DNA of 64,000 nt from Capsulimonadaceae bacterium (lineage in GTDB: Bacteria; Armatimonadota; Armatimonadia; Armatimonadales; Capsulimonadaceae). Under the pieces are notes generated by a model. That model had not been told where the DNA came from and searched no databases. It saw only the letters and a list, made by a program, of their open reading frames with translations. Shown piece by piece: positions 46,521-55,990 of the stretch. The stretch lies in contig OZ244065.1 in assembly GCA_965215505.1 (NCBI GenBank), forward strand, positions 2,688,001-2,752,000. The letters are read 5' to 3'. The position numbers and the translations under genes were made by a program. The first letter of the stretch is position 1. Each line of letters begins with the position of its first letter.

Positions 46521-46659
46521 GGGGCGGATTCCTTCCGGGCTGTTCGTCAGGAACTATAACGCGCCGGACAGCGGAAAGGGTGCGCCTTGACAAACAACAA
46601 AATAAATGGCATTATACTTTATAATACAAAGTTCTTTGCAAAACCTAGAAGGAGATGCC

Positions 46660-48093
46660 ATGAAAGTCAAGATGATCCTGCCGGCGCTCACCGAGGCCAT
46701 CAGCCCGTTCTGGAGGCCCATCAAATACTCCCTCTTCCCGCCGCTGGGGCTGGCGACTCTGGCCGCCTACTGCGACGGGGACGAAGTGACGCTCCAGGAT
46801 GAACACGTCGAGGTTCTTGACCTCGATGACAGCCCGGACCTGGTGGTCATTCAGGTCTACATCACGTCCGCGCGCCGCGCCTACGAGATCGCCGACCTGT
46901 ACCGCCGTCGCGGGGCCTACGTCGCGCTCGGCGGGCTGCACGTCACCTCCCTCCCCGACGAGGCCGCCGCCCACGCCGACAGCATCTTCCTGGGGCCGGG
47001 CGAGGACATCTGGCCCGCCTTCCTCGCCGACCTGCGCCAAGGCCGCCCGCAGCCGCGCTACGAGTCCCGCGTCCGCACCCTGGTGGGAGCGCCCCCGGTC
47101 CGGCGCGACCTGATCAAGCGCAGCCTCTACCTCGTCCCCAACTCCATCGTCGTCTCCCGAGGCTGCCCGCACACCTGCGACTTCTGCTACAAGGAGGCTT
47201 TCTACCAGGGCGGGAAGTCGTTCTACACGCAGGGGGTGGACGACGCCCTGGCCGAGATCGCCCGCCTGCCGGGGCGGCACCTTTACTTCCTCGACGATCA
47301 CCTGTTCGGCCACCCCCGGTTCGCGTCGGCGCTGTTTGACGGGATGCGCGGGATGGAGCGGCTGTGGCAGGCGGCCGGCACGGTCAACTCCATCCTGAAG
47401 CCGGGGCTGCTGGAAAAGGCCGTCGAGTCCGGGCTTCGCAGCCTCTTCGTCGGCTTTGAAACCCTCAGCCAGACGAACCTGCGCGAGTCGCACAAGTTCC
47501 AGAACTTGAACCGCGATTACGCGCAGGCGATCCGCCGACTCCAGGACTGCGGCGTGATCATCAACGGCAGCTTCGTGTTCGGAATGGACGATGACGACGA
47601 AGGCGTGTTCGACCGGACCGTGGACTGGGCCGTGGCGCAGGGGATCGAGACGGCGACGTTCCACATTCTCACCCCCTATCCGGGGACGGGCCTGCACCAG
47701 CGGATCGCCGCCGAGGGGCGCATCCGCACGGAGGACTGGGATCTTTATGACACCCGGCACGCGGTCTTCGAGCCGGCGAAGATGTCGCGCGAGGCGCTCG
47801 AAGCCGGCTACTGGCGGGCCTACCGCGACTTCTACCGGTGGGGGGCGATCTTCCGGGGGGCGTCGGCCCACGACACGGCGGCGGGTCGCCTGCGCCACCT
47901 CGCCTATTCGGCGGGCTGGAAGAAGTTCGAGCCGCTGTGGGACGCGATTATCCGGGCCAAGCGGGCGTCCGCGATGCTGCCCGGCCTGGAGGCGATCCTG
48001 CACGGGTTCGGCCTGCGGATGCCGCGCCCGGCCCTGCCCGCCGACGCCGCCGGAGGAACGGGGGTAAAGACGGAGGCGAAGGCAGCAGGTTGA
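46660..48093 (+). CDS. B12-binding domain radical SAM protein
   Basis: PPLGLATLAA, GGLHVT, SRGCPHTCDFC (CX3CX2C), FLDDHL, FVGFET, LTPYPGT; AAGGAG RBS. Confidence 0.9.
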   Translation: MKVKMILPALTEAISPFWRPIKYSLFPPLGLATLAAYCDGDEVTLQDEHVEVLDLDDSPDLVVIQVYITSARRAYEIADLYRRRGAYVALGGLHVTSLPDEAAAHADSIFLGPGEDIWPAFLADLRQGRPQPRYESRVRTLVGAPPVRRDLIKRSLYLVPNSIVVSRGCPHTCDFCYKEAFYQGGKSFYTQGVDDALAEIARLPGRHLYFLDDHLFGHPRFASALFDGMRGMERLWQAAGTVNSILKPGLLEKAVESGLRSLFVGFETLSQTNLRESHKFQNLNRDYAQAIRRLQDCGVIINGSFVFGMDDDDEGVFDRTVDWAVAQGIETATFHILTPYPGTGLHQRIAAEGRIRTEDWDLYDTRHAVFEPAKMSREALEAGYWRAYRDFYRWGAIFRGASAHDTAAGRLRHLAYSAGWKKFEPLWDAIIRAKRASAMLPGLEAILHGFGLRMPRPALPADAAGGTGVKTEAKAAG

Positions 48094-48128
48094 CTTTACG
48101 CGCGGCGACTGGCTACAATGAGTCCATC

Positions 48129-49139
48129 ATGGACTCCATTCCGGCCCCACTCACGCTTTACCTTGACGTGCCCGCGCTCCTCCTGGCCCCCATGCAGGGC
48201 CTAACCGATGCCCCCATGCGGGCCTTCCAGGGCGAGTCGGGCGCGTTCACCTTCGCCGTCTCCGAATTCCTGCGGGTCAACGCCGACATCCCCCCGCCCA
48301 AGGTGTTCCGCCGCCACGTCCCCGAGCTGTCGGAGGGCGCGCGGACGCGGAGCGGGATGCCCGTCCAGGTGCAGCTTTTGGGCGGCGATGCGGGCCGCAT
48401 GGCCGAGTCGGCGGCGGCGGCCTGCGCGGCGGGGGCGCAGGCCATAGACATCAACTTCGGCTGCCCCGCCCCGACGGTCAACCGCCACGACGGAGGGGCC
48501 ACCCTGCTGAAGCACCCCAAGCGCATCCGCGAGATCGTCGGGGCCGTCCGCGCCGCCCTCCCCGCCGATGTCCCCGTCTCGGCCAAGCTGCGGCTTGGCT
48601 GGGACTCCTCCGACGTGGTGCTGGAAAACGCCGACATGGCGGCGGAGGGCGGCGCGGCCTGGCTGACGATCCACGGGCGGACACGCGCCCAGGGCTACAC
48701 CCCGCCCGCCTACTGGGGGCCGATCGGGGCGGTCCGCGCCCGGCTCGGCATCCCGGTCGTCGCCAACGGCGACCTCTGGACGGCCGCCGACCTGCGCCGC
48801 TGCCGCGAGGAGACCGGCTGCGTCCACTTCATGCTGGGGCGCGGGGCCTTGGCCGATCCGCGCCTGCCCTGCGCGGCGGCGCGCGTCCTCGGGCTGGCCC
48901 CCGGCGACCCGGACGAGTCCGCCGGGGCGGGAGCCTTCTCCGACTGGCTCCCGCCCCTGCGCCGGTTGGTGGCCCTGACGGAGATGCTGGAAGGCGGCCT
49001 GACCCCGCAGATGGTCTGCCGCCTGAAGCAGTGGCTGAACATCGCCCGCCACCGGGGGACGTTCACCGCCTTCGACGCGGTCAAGCGGACGCGGACGCTG
49101 GAAGAATTCTTCGAGGCGCTGTGCGGGAACCCGGCTTAA
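48129..49139 (+). CDS. tRNA-dihydrouridine synthase family protein (DusC-like)
   Basis: LAPMQG.TD, VQLLG, IDINFGCP, SAKLRLGWD, TIHGRT, ANGD, MLGRGA. Confidence 0.9.
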   Translation: MDSIPAPLTLYLDVPALLLAPMQGLTDAPMRAFQGESGAFTFAVSEFLRVNADIPPPKVFRRHVPELSEGARTRSGMPVQVQLLGGDAGRMAESAAAACAAGAQAIDINFGCPAPTVNRHDGGATLLKHPKRIREIVGAVRAALPADVPVSAKLRLGWDSSDVVLENADMAAEGGAAWLTIHGRTRAQGYTPPAYWGPIGAVRARLGIPVVANGDLWTAADLRRCREETGCVHFMLGRGALADPRLPCAAARVLGLAPGDPDESAGAGAFSDWLPPLRRLVALTEMLEGGLTPQMVCRLKQWLNIARHRGTFTAFDAVKRTRTLEEFFEALCGNPA

Positions 49140-49162
49140 CCGGAAGGGCGAACGCGGATCAA

Positions 49163-49190
49163 GGAGGGCGCACCCCCGTGTGCGCCCTCC
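49163..49190. repeat. REP-family hairpin between convergent genes
   Basis: GGAGGGCGCACCCCCGTGTGCGCCCTCC; same core as 25956-25979; a related hairpin at 40611-40634. Confidence 0.7.
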
Positions 49191-49235
49191 TCTTCCTTCT
49201 TGGTCTTCCTGACTATCCTCCTTGCCTGCGCTTCC

Positions 49236-50297
49236 CTACAGCACCACCTCCCGCTTTGTCTCCGCGCTCCGGTACAGGCCGTCCAGAATCGCCATCACGT
49301 CAAGCGACTGCTCGGCGGGGACGGGGGACGGGCGGCCCTCCGCGATGGCTTGGGCGAAGACTTTGCACTCCTCGGCGTGCGCCTCCAGGCCGTGGGGCTT
49401 CATCAGCAGCGACGTGTTGAGCTGCTGCTGCTGCTTGTTGTCGCCCATGAAGAACTCATTGGACGGCCAATGCGACCCGCCCTTGTCGCCGTAGAGCCAC
49501 ATCTGCATGTCCTCGCCGGTCGTCTTGTGGTGCAGCAGCCACGACACCTCCAGCACCAGGGTCGCCCCGTTCTCGAAGCGGACCATCGCCGCCGCGAAGT
49601 CCTCCACGTCCGCGTCCTCGCTTGGGATCGCCCCGCCCCAGACACTCCACGCGCCCGGCTGGTGCAGCAGCTTGTCCTGCGTCACGCCCGAGACCGTGAC
49701 CGGCTTGGGGTTGCCCATCATCCACAGTGTGAGGTCTAAAATATGGACCCCGATGTCGATGCACGGCCCGCCGCCGCTGTGCTGCTTTTGCAGGAAGCTG
49801 TCGCGGGTCGGGCAGAGCTGGCGGCGCAGCATCCACGACCGCGCGTGGTAGATGTCGCCCAGAGCGCCCGTCTCGATGTGGGCCTTCAGGGCACGCCCCT
49901 CGGGCGTGAACCGGAAGTGCTGGGCGGTCATCAGAGTCTTGCCGCTCTTGTCGCGGGCGGCGATCATGTCCCGGATGTTCTGCGGCGTCGGGGCCAGCGG
50001 CTTCTCGCAGAGGACGTGCTTGCCGTGTTCCAGCGCCGCGATGGTCAGGGGCGTGTGGTACATGTTGGGTGTGCAGATGTCCACGATGTCGATGTCCGGG
50101 TTTTTGAACAGTTCCCACGAGTCCTCGTAGCGGAGGGCTGGGTCAATGCCGTGCAGATCGCCGAGCCGGTGTAGGGCCTCGGGGGCGATGTCTCCCATGG
50201 CGTAAAGTTCGGCGTGGGGGCTGTCCTTCCAGCCGGGGAAGTGCGTCGCGGCGATGCCGCCGACGCCGATGACGGCGACTTTCAGTGTCTTGGTCAT
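49236..50297 (-). CDS. Gfo/Idh/MocA family oxidoreductase
   Basis: VAVIGVGGI, ICTPN..H, HVLCEKP, GGGPCIDIGVHILD. Confidence 0.9.
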   Translation of the reverse strand: MTKTLKVAVIGVGGIAATHFPGWKDSPHAELYAMGDIAPEALHRLGDLHGIDPALRYEDSWELFKNPDIDIVDICTPNMYHTPLTIAALEHGKHVLCEKPLAPTPQNIRDMIAARDKSGKTLMTAQHFRFTPEGRALKAHIETGALGDIYHARSWMLRRQLCPTRDSFLQKQHSGGGPCIDIGVHILDLTLWMMGNPKPVTVSGVTQDKLLHQPGAWSVWGGAIPSEDADVEDFAAAMVRFENGATLVLEVSWLLHHKTTGEDMQMWLYGDKGGSHWPSNEFFMGDNKQQQQLNTSLLMKPHGLEAHAEECKVFAQAIAEGRPSPVPAEQSLDVMAILDGLYRSAETKREVVL

Positions 50298-50358
50298 GGA
50301 ACGGGTGTCCTTTAGGGTGGTCTGCCTGCCTGTTCGCGGCGGTGGGGGCGGAGTCCTC

Positions 50359-51522
50359 CTAATGCGCGGCGAGCGCCGCCCCGATGGCCTTTTCCAGTGC
50401 GAGCGTGGGGCCGTCATAACCGGCGATACCGGCGGAGACCTTGCCGTCCCTGCCGATGACGTACTGGACCGGGAGGCTGCTCACCTGGTACAGCGTGGCC
50501 GCCACGTCTTTCCCCGGCGGCGACGTATCCACAGCGAAGCGGAGCGCGTCGTACTGCGGGTGCCGATGCAGCCACGCCCGAAACGAGTCTTTGCTGTCCA
50601 TGACGTTGACGGCCAGCACGACCACGCCTTTGTCTTTGAACTCAGCCGCCACGGAGTTGGCGTGCGCCATGCCCCGCACGCACGGCGGGCACCAGGTCGC
50701 CCAGAAGTCAAGTACGACCACTTTGCCGTGGAAATCCGACAGCCGGAGCGGGGTCCCGTTCCGGTCTTCCGCGCGGAAATCCGGGGCTACGGCACCCGCC
50801 GGGAGCGGCAGTTTGGGGATGATCCGCCGCGCCTCTTTGGGAGGGGCGTAGGCGAATTCGGCGGCCCGCATCGGCGCGTTCAGATTGATGTTCTTCAGGG
50901 CCGCCTCGAACATCCTCGGCGTGCCGTCCGGGTTGGGGATGTAGAAGGTGCCGACCTGCCGGTGGATCAAATCATCCTGACCCACATATAGCCAGGCCGT
51001 GTAGCGGATGCCGTCCTCATTGAAGTCGTGCCGGAGGACCTGGTAACCCTGTCCGTCCCAGACACGCCTGCCGTCGTACTTGAGCGTGGCGGCATCCATG
51101 TCGCCGCTCTTGAGTCCCTGCTCCAGCCCGAAGAAGGATTGAACGGGGGTTGCAGCCGGCCCATCAATCATGCCGCCACCGGCCGGGTCCGCCGGATCGG
51201 CCCGGTACTCGCTCTTGCTGCTGTCCGGGAAACGCCACAGGGTCTTGCCGTCCGAGGCGACTGAGGTGAGCGCGGCCCCCGTGTGGGCATCTTTAGTGAC
51301 AATGCGAACGTAGTTCGGCTTCATCAGGCGCACCGTGGCCGCGACGGGCTTGCCGTCCGTGTCAATCCCGGTCAGGTCGGCGGTCATGGTCCGGGCGCTT
51401 CCGGTGGCCGCCGCCACCTTGAGCAGCAGGGCCTCTACCCTGGGGTCCGCCTGCGCCGTGCCCGCAGTCACCGTCATCAGGACGGCGACGCAGACCGATA
51501 AAAGCAGCCGCGATCTGTTCAT
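50359..51522 (-). CDS. Secreted LolA-like (DUF2092) domain fused to a TlpA/ResA thioredoxin
   Basis: Signal peptide; MKPNYVRI, SDGKTLW, FAYAPP; APDF, GKVVVLDFWATWCPPC. Confidence 0.8.
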   Translation of the reverse strand: MNRSRLLLSVCVAVLMTVTAGTAQADPRVEALLLKVAAATGSARTMTADLTGIDTDGKPVAATVRLMKPNYVRIVTKDAHTGAALTSVASDGKTLWRFPDSSKSEYRADPADPAGGGMIDGPAATPVQSFFGLEQGLKSGDMDAATLKYDGRRVWDGQGYQVLRHDFNEDGIRYTAWLYVGQDDLIHRQVGTFYIPNPDGTPRMFEAALKNINLNAPMRAAEFAYAPPKEARRIIPKLPLPAGAVAPDFRAEDRNGTPLRLSDFHGKVVVLDFWATWCPPCVRGMAHANSVAAEFKDKGVVVLAVNVMDSKDSFRAWLHRHPQYDALRFAVDTSPPGKDVAATLYQVSSLPVQYVIGRDGKVSAGIAGYDGPTLALEKAIGAALAAH

Positions 51523-51546
51523 GGTCTTCTCCTCCAGGATCTGGTT

Positions 51547-52092
51547 TCACGGCTTTGCGGGCCACTGCCCAACCGCCTCCATCATTTCTGCATTCCAGCG
51601 AATCTCGGTGTCAATGCGGGCGAGGCTGTGCCGCGTCGCCGCCCGCACCCAAGGCGACAGGTTCTCGTACCGGTCCAGGTCGGCGTAACCCGCCAGCAGG
51701 TCGGCGCGCGCTTTGTTCAGCCGCGCGTGCCGTTCTTCCAGAAGCGCGACCCGTTCCCCCGGCGGCAGGTGGCGGATGAAAGCCAGGCCGAGATCAATGG
51801 TGCGGCCCTCCGTCGGCGCGGCTCGGCAGGTCTCGCGCAGCAGTTTCAGGAACACCGCGCGGCCCGGCTCAGTGATACGGTACACATAGCGCGGGCGATT
51901 GTTCTCGGACTGCTCGACGTTGCTCTCCAGAATCAGCCCTTCTTTTTCCAGCGCCCCCAGCGCGTGGTAGATGGACCCGTCCTTGATCTGCGCCCAGCGG
52001 TCCACCCCCCAGAGGTGGGCGGTCGCCTTGATCTCATAGCCGTGAGTGTCGTTCTCGTAGACCAGGCCCAGCACGAAAAGCCGAACAGACAT
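51547..52092 (-). CDS. PadR family transcriptional regulator with extended C-terminus
   Basis: HGYEIK, GSIYHAL..LEKEGLI, VYRITEPGR. Confidence 0.9.
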   Translation of the reverse strand: MSVRLFVLGLVYENDTHGYEIKATAHLWGVDRWAQIKDGSIYHALGALEKEGLILESNVEQSENNRPRYVYRITEPGRAVFLKLLRETCRAAPTEGRTIDLGLAFIRHLPPGERVALLEERHARLNKARADLLAGYADLDRYENLSPWVRAATRHSLARIDTEIRWNAEMMEAVGQWPAKP

Positions 52093-52137
52093 AAAGCGGC
52101 CCTCTTACGGCCGGGCAGGGTGAGGCACGGCATGTGG

Positions 52138-52181
52138 GTATACTAAAGTTTGAGTATACACACATACGCCGCAATTGTCAA
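52138..52181 (-). promoter_or_regulatory. Sigma70 promoter of padR overlapped by an inverted-repeat operator
   Basis: Minus strand TTGACA (52176-52181), 17 bp, TATACT (52153-52158); GTATACT-N8-AGTATAC at 52138-52159. Confidence 0.75.
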
Positions 52182-52317
52182 GCGCGGGGAAGGCCCGGCG
52201 TTAAACCGCCGGTCTACACGGATGGGACCCAGCCATAAATGGCCGGCTGCATGGCGGGCCGGGGCCGCACGCCGGACCTAGACGCTTCGGGGGCCGGGCG
52301 ACACTCAGGCAAGAGGT

Positions 52318-53745
52318 CTACTGCTGATCTGCCGCCGGGACAGGGACAGGGATGGTAGGATACCGGAACCGCACCGCGCCCACGAGCGATTTGTCCCTCG
52401 GCCTGCCGCCGTCGTACTTGCCGTCCCGCCCCCCACTGTAGACGACGAAGCCGTCCGCGCCCTCGCGCCGGTAGCCCAGCGGCTTGCCGGTGTAGGGGTC
52501 GGCGAACGCGCCCGGCAGAGCGTCGGGGTACGCCCCGGCCTTCGCCCGCTCCGCCAGCACGGCGGCTGCCGCGCGGGTGACCTGGCGGGACGCGGCGGAG
52601 CGCATCGGCACGGCGCTCAGGATGTCGAACTGGAGCGGCGAGAGACGCCGGGAGATCTCCTGCACCAAGTCATCCGACGGTGCCTGCGCCTCCTGGCCCG
52701 CCCGCGCGAAGGCGGCGGCCTCGCCGGACGTGTCTATCCGGCGGATCGCCGCGCGCATCGTGTGGAGGTAGTTCGCTTCGGCGGCGTCCAGCAGGCTCGC
52801 ATAGAAGCGCCGGTCTCGGGGCGTGGGCGTCGCCGCCGGACGCGGCGCGGAGGTGTCGCCGCTGACGAGGCTCCCCAGCGCGGCAGGGCCGCCGCGCCGG
52901 AGCAGGGAGAAACTGGCATCGGTGATCGCCACCTCGCCTCTCAGAGCGGGGCGCAGGGACAGGCGCGCGGACCGGCCCGACACTGCCTGCTCCACCTGCG
53001 CGTCCACGGCGGCGTTCGGCCCGGCCAGGGTCAGGAGGTCCTGCATCCCACTCGTCGCGATGGCGTTTATGGCCTCCGCCACCAGGTAGCTGACCAGAGT
53101 CGGCTGCCCCGCCGCGTGTCCGGCCACCCGGTAGACACGCCCTACCGTGACGACCGCCTCACCGTAGCGGCCCCGCTCGGCCTCCAGGACGCCCTCCGTC
53201 TTCAATTCCCGCGCCGTTTCGCGCAGGCCGGCGTACTGCTGGAAGGGGGGATTGAGCGCGTCCGTCGCCCAGTCCTGGGCGAAGACGCACTGCGGTCGGT
53301 CGGTCGCCTGACGCAGCAGGGCGAAGACCTCCGGGTTGTCGTCGTAGATCTTTTGGATGCGGTCGAGCTGGGCGGGCGTGTAGGCGAAGCGGGCGGAAAG
53401 CGTCTCGGCATAGATCGGCAGGCGCACCCGCCCGCGCCGCAAGGCTTCCGCCTTCCGGTACAGCGGCGCGGCGTTCTGGCCGTCCGGCGGCAGCGGCCGG
53501 TTGAGCTGGGCGGGGAAGACCGCGATGCCTTCCTGCCGAGCAAAAGCGCGCTCGCGGGCCAGGGCGGCGGGTCCGGCGGCGGCCTCCCGCCGCGCGGCTC
53601 GGGCCGGCGGGGAGGGTGAAGTCTCGAGGAAGCGCAGGAAGCCGACCGGGTCTTTGTCCAGGGCGGGCGGAGGCGCGGCACAGGCCAGGCCGCCGCAGAG
53701 GGTGAGGGCAGCGGCGAGGGCTGCGCGTAAGGAGTAAGCGTTCAT
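52318..53745 (-). CDS. Secreted hypothetical protein with GspG-like C-terminal motif, paralog 2
   Basis: NAAPLY, QATDRPQCV, YLVA, DPYTGKPLGYRREGADGFVVYSGG.DGKYDGG. Confidence 0.75.
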   Translation of the reverse strand: MNAYSLRAALAAALTLCGGLACAAPPPALDKDPVGFLRFLETSPSPPARAARREAAAGPAALARERAFARQEGIAVFPAQLNRPLPPDGQNAAPLYRKAEALRRGRVRLPIYAETLSARFAYTPAQLDRIQKIYDDNPEVFALLRQATDRPQCVFAQDWATDALNPPFQQYAGLRETARELKTEGVLEAERGRYGEAVVTVGRVYRVAGHAAGQPTLVSYLVAEAINAIATSGMQDLLTLAGPNAAVDAQVEQAVSGRSARLSLRPALRGEVAITDASFSLLRRGGPAALGSLVSGDTSAPRPAATPTPRDRRFYASLLDAAEANYLHTMRAAIRRIDTSGEAAAFARAGQEAQAPSDDLVQEISRRLSPLQFDILSAVPMRSAASRQVTRAAAAVLAERAKAGAYPDALPGAFADPYTGKPLGYRREGADGFVVYSGGRDGKYDGGRPRDKSLVGAVRFRYPTIPVPVPAADQQ

Positions 53746-53791
53746 GGGGGCGTGTTCCTCTGGAAGATACAGGACGCGGAATGCAGGGCTA

Positions 53792-53936
53792 GGAACGAGT
53801 GATTGAAATCACTCGCTGATTGGGACCTGTCCGGGGGACAGAAGGCAGGGGAGACGGAGGGGATGGCGGCGGCCTTTACCACTCACTTGTCCCTTGGACA
53901 AATCCAGCGTCAGCGAGTGATTTCAATCACTCGTCC
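53792..53936. repeat. Dispersed nested-palindrome element, copy 3
   Basis: ACGAGTGATTGAAATCACTCGCTG..CCTGTCCGGGGGACAG ... TTGTCCCTTGGACAA..GCGTCAGCGAGTGATTTCAATCACTCGT. Confidence 0.85.
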
Positions 53937-53959
53937 TGCGTGTCCTGCTCCCGCCTGCC

Positions 53960-55342
53960 TCAGTTCGGCACCGCAGGCACCGGGATGGCCGGGTAGCGGA
54001 ACAATGACTCCTGGCCCGGCACCTTCCCGCCCGGCCTGCCGCCGTCGAAGTGCCCGGTCGGCCCGGCGCTGTAGACGACGAAGCCGCCGCCCTCGCGCTT
54101 GTAGAGGAGCGGCTTGCCAGTGAACGGGTCCGGGAAACCCTGGGGCAGAGCGGCCGGGTACGCGCCGGCCCTGGCTTTCTCGCCGAGCAGGGCGGCGGCG
54201 GCCAGCGTCACCGCCTCGCGGGCCTGAGTGCGGGTATCGTTCTGGTCTACATTGCTAAAAACAGGCGTAAGGACATCAGCAAACAGGTGGACCATGCCAG
54301 CGGGATCATTGGCGTCTCCCGCCACGCGCTTACTCACCGCCTCATAGATGGCGCGGCGGGCGGGCGGCGGCTGATCGCTCGCCGTGACCAGCGGACGCAT
54401 CCGGCTCAGGAAGTCGGCCTGCCAGGCATCGATCAGGTCGTGCAGATGCGCCCGCTGTTCCGGCGAGACCTGTACCTTGTGTGCCTCAGCGTCCGAAAAG
54501 CCGGCCGCATCAAGCGCCGCCTCGACTCCCCTGCCTTCTGCGGAGTGCATCTGCGGAAAGACGATGCAGTCGAAGCTTACCTCCCCCGCCATCGCTTCGC
54601 GCAGAGACAAACGCGAATGTTCGGCGTCAACCGTTTGTCGCACGGCGGCGTCAGCGGCAGCATCCGGTCCGGCCAGTACCAGAATGTTTTGCATCCCGGA
54701 GAGCGTGATGGACTCACTGGCAACGCCGACAAGATACGGCAGCAGGAGATGATCGGAGGCCGCGTGTTCCGCGATACGAAAGCCCCGCGCCTGATTGGTG
54801 ACCGCCTCCTGATACCGACCGTCCCGTGCCAGCAGGTAGCTCTCAGTTTCGATGAGCCGTGCCGCCTCGCGCATCGGTAGGTACTCCGGAAACTCCAATC
54901 TCGTGCCTTTATTCCAGTCCCGCACGAACACGCACTGCGGCCGGTCGGCGGCCTGATGCACCAGCGTCATCACGTCCTGCCGGGCGGCGAGCATCTTGCG
55001 GACGGTGGCGATCTGCTGCGGGGAATAGGTATGAAAGGCGTACATGCCTTCTGCGTACTTTGGCAAGCCCATCGGCCTGTCGTGGAGCAGCTTTGTCAGC
55101 TTCGTGTAGAGCGGTGCGGCGTTTTGGCTGGGTGGCGGCAGCGGCTTTTGCAGTTCGGCGGCGGTGAGCGGGATACCCTCCTGACGAGCCGACGCTTCTT
55201 CACGCGCCAGATGAGCCGGACCCGCCGCGATGAACTCACGCATCGCGGACTGCACCCCCAGTAGGCGCACGACCAGCACAATGCCGACGATACAGACGAC
55301 GAGGACGCAGGCCGCGCCCAGGCCGATGAAGACACGTCTCAT
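53960..55342 (-). CDS. Membrane-anchored hypothetical protein with GspG-like C-terminal motif, paralog 3
   Basis: N-terminal TM (MRRVFIGLG..); NAAPLY, QAADRPQCV, DPFTGKPLLYKREGGGFVVYSAGP. Confidence 0.75.
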   Translation of the reverse strand: MRRVFIGLGAACVLVVCIVGIVLVVRLLGVQSAMREFIAAGPAHLAREEASARQEGIPLTAAELQKPLPPPSQNAAPLYTKLTKLLHDRPMGLPKYAEGMYAFHTYSPQQIATVRKMLAARQDVMTLVHQAADRPQCVFVRDWNKGTRLEFPEYLPMREAARLIETESYLLARDGRYQEAVTNQARGFRIAEHAASDHLLLPYLVGVASESITLSGMQNILVLAGPDAAADAAVRQTVDAEHSRLSLREAMAGEVSFDCIVFPQMHSAEGRGVEAALDAAGFSDAEAHKVQVSPEQRAHLHDLIDAWQADFLSRMRPLVTASDQPPPARRAIYEAVSKRVAGDANDPAGMVHLFADVLTPVFSNVDQNDTRTQAREAVTLAAAALLGEKARAGAYPAALPQGFPDPFTGKPLLYKREGGGFVVYSAGPTGHFDGGRPGGKVPGQESLFRYPAIPVPAVPN

Positions 55343-55983
55343 GGGAGTATCTCCTTCAAGGCGGCGCGCGTAGCGGGGCAGTCGTCTTCCGAGCCGGGCG
55401 GCACGGCCTCTAAATCCTCGACAAGCCTGTGCAGGTCGGCGGGCGTGTCCAGGTCGTACCACGGCGGCGTCAGATGGACGGACAACCCGAGCGTGCCGGC
55501 CTTCGCCAGTGTCTGGGCCAGCACCGACTCGGTACTCCACGCAATGCCCTCAAACAGGGCGGGCTGCGGGGCGCGCAGGCCAATCAGGAAGTAGCCGCCG
55601 TCGTCGGCGGGGCCGAGGACGACGTCATAAGAGGGGACAGCGGCGAAGGCCTCGCGCAGCAGGGCGGGCGGAAGGTGAGGGCTGTCCGCGCCCAGAATCA
55701 GGCAGGGGGCGGGGACGCGGGCCATGCGCGCGCCCAGGTCGCCCCCTCCCTGCGCGGCCCAGAGGACATTAGCCGGGGCGAGCGGCTGGAGCAGGGCACG
55801 GTCGCCGCTATGATAGACGGTGACGGGCAGACCTTGCCGGGCGGCCTTGTCCAGCGTGTCCCTGACGAAAGCGGCGGCTAGTCGGGCGGCCTGTCCGTCG
55901 CTCAAAGCGGGCCGCAGGCGGGTCTTGACCTGGCCCGGCACGGGTGCCTTGGCGAAGACGGCGAGTGTAAGATCAGCGCCCAT
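55339..55983 (-). CDS. DUF2064 / TIGR04282 family glycosyltransferase-like (CofC-related) protein
   Basis: FAKAP.PG.VKTRL, Q.GGDLGARM, ILGADSP, VLGPADDGGYFLIG, WYDLDTPADL. Confidence 0.85.
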   Translation of the reverse strand: MGADLTLAVFAKAPVPGQVKTRLRPALSDGQAARLAAAFVRDTLDKAARQGLPVTVYHSGDRALLQPLAPANVLWAAQGGGDLGARMARVPAPCLILGADSPHLPPALLREAFAAVPSYDVVLGPADDGGYFLIGLRAPQPALFEGIAWSTESVLAQTLAKAGTLGLSVHLTPPWYDLDTPADLHRLVEDLEAVPPGSEDDCPATRAALKEILP

Positions 55984-55990
55984 TGGGCAC

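Noticed and set aside
46660-48093. B12 radical SAM (and the PCMT at the window start) as RiPP maturases
   Set aside because: No precursor peptide, RRE/PqqD, protease or transporter nearby.
3556-53936. Nested-palindrome element as a CRISPR mini-array or integron attC site
   Set aside because: Arms are inverted rather than direct repeats, copies are dispersed, no convincing RYYYAAC/GTTRRRY ends, and no integrase or cas genes.
55339-55983. Arsenosugar biosynthesis cluster
   Set aside because: Only the TIGR04282-like gene is present; no arsM, arsS or partner glycosyltransferase is adjacent.
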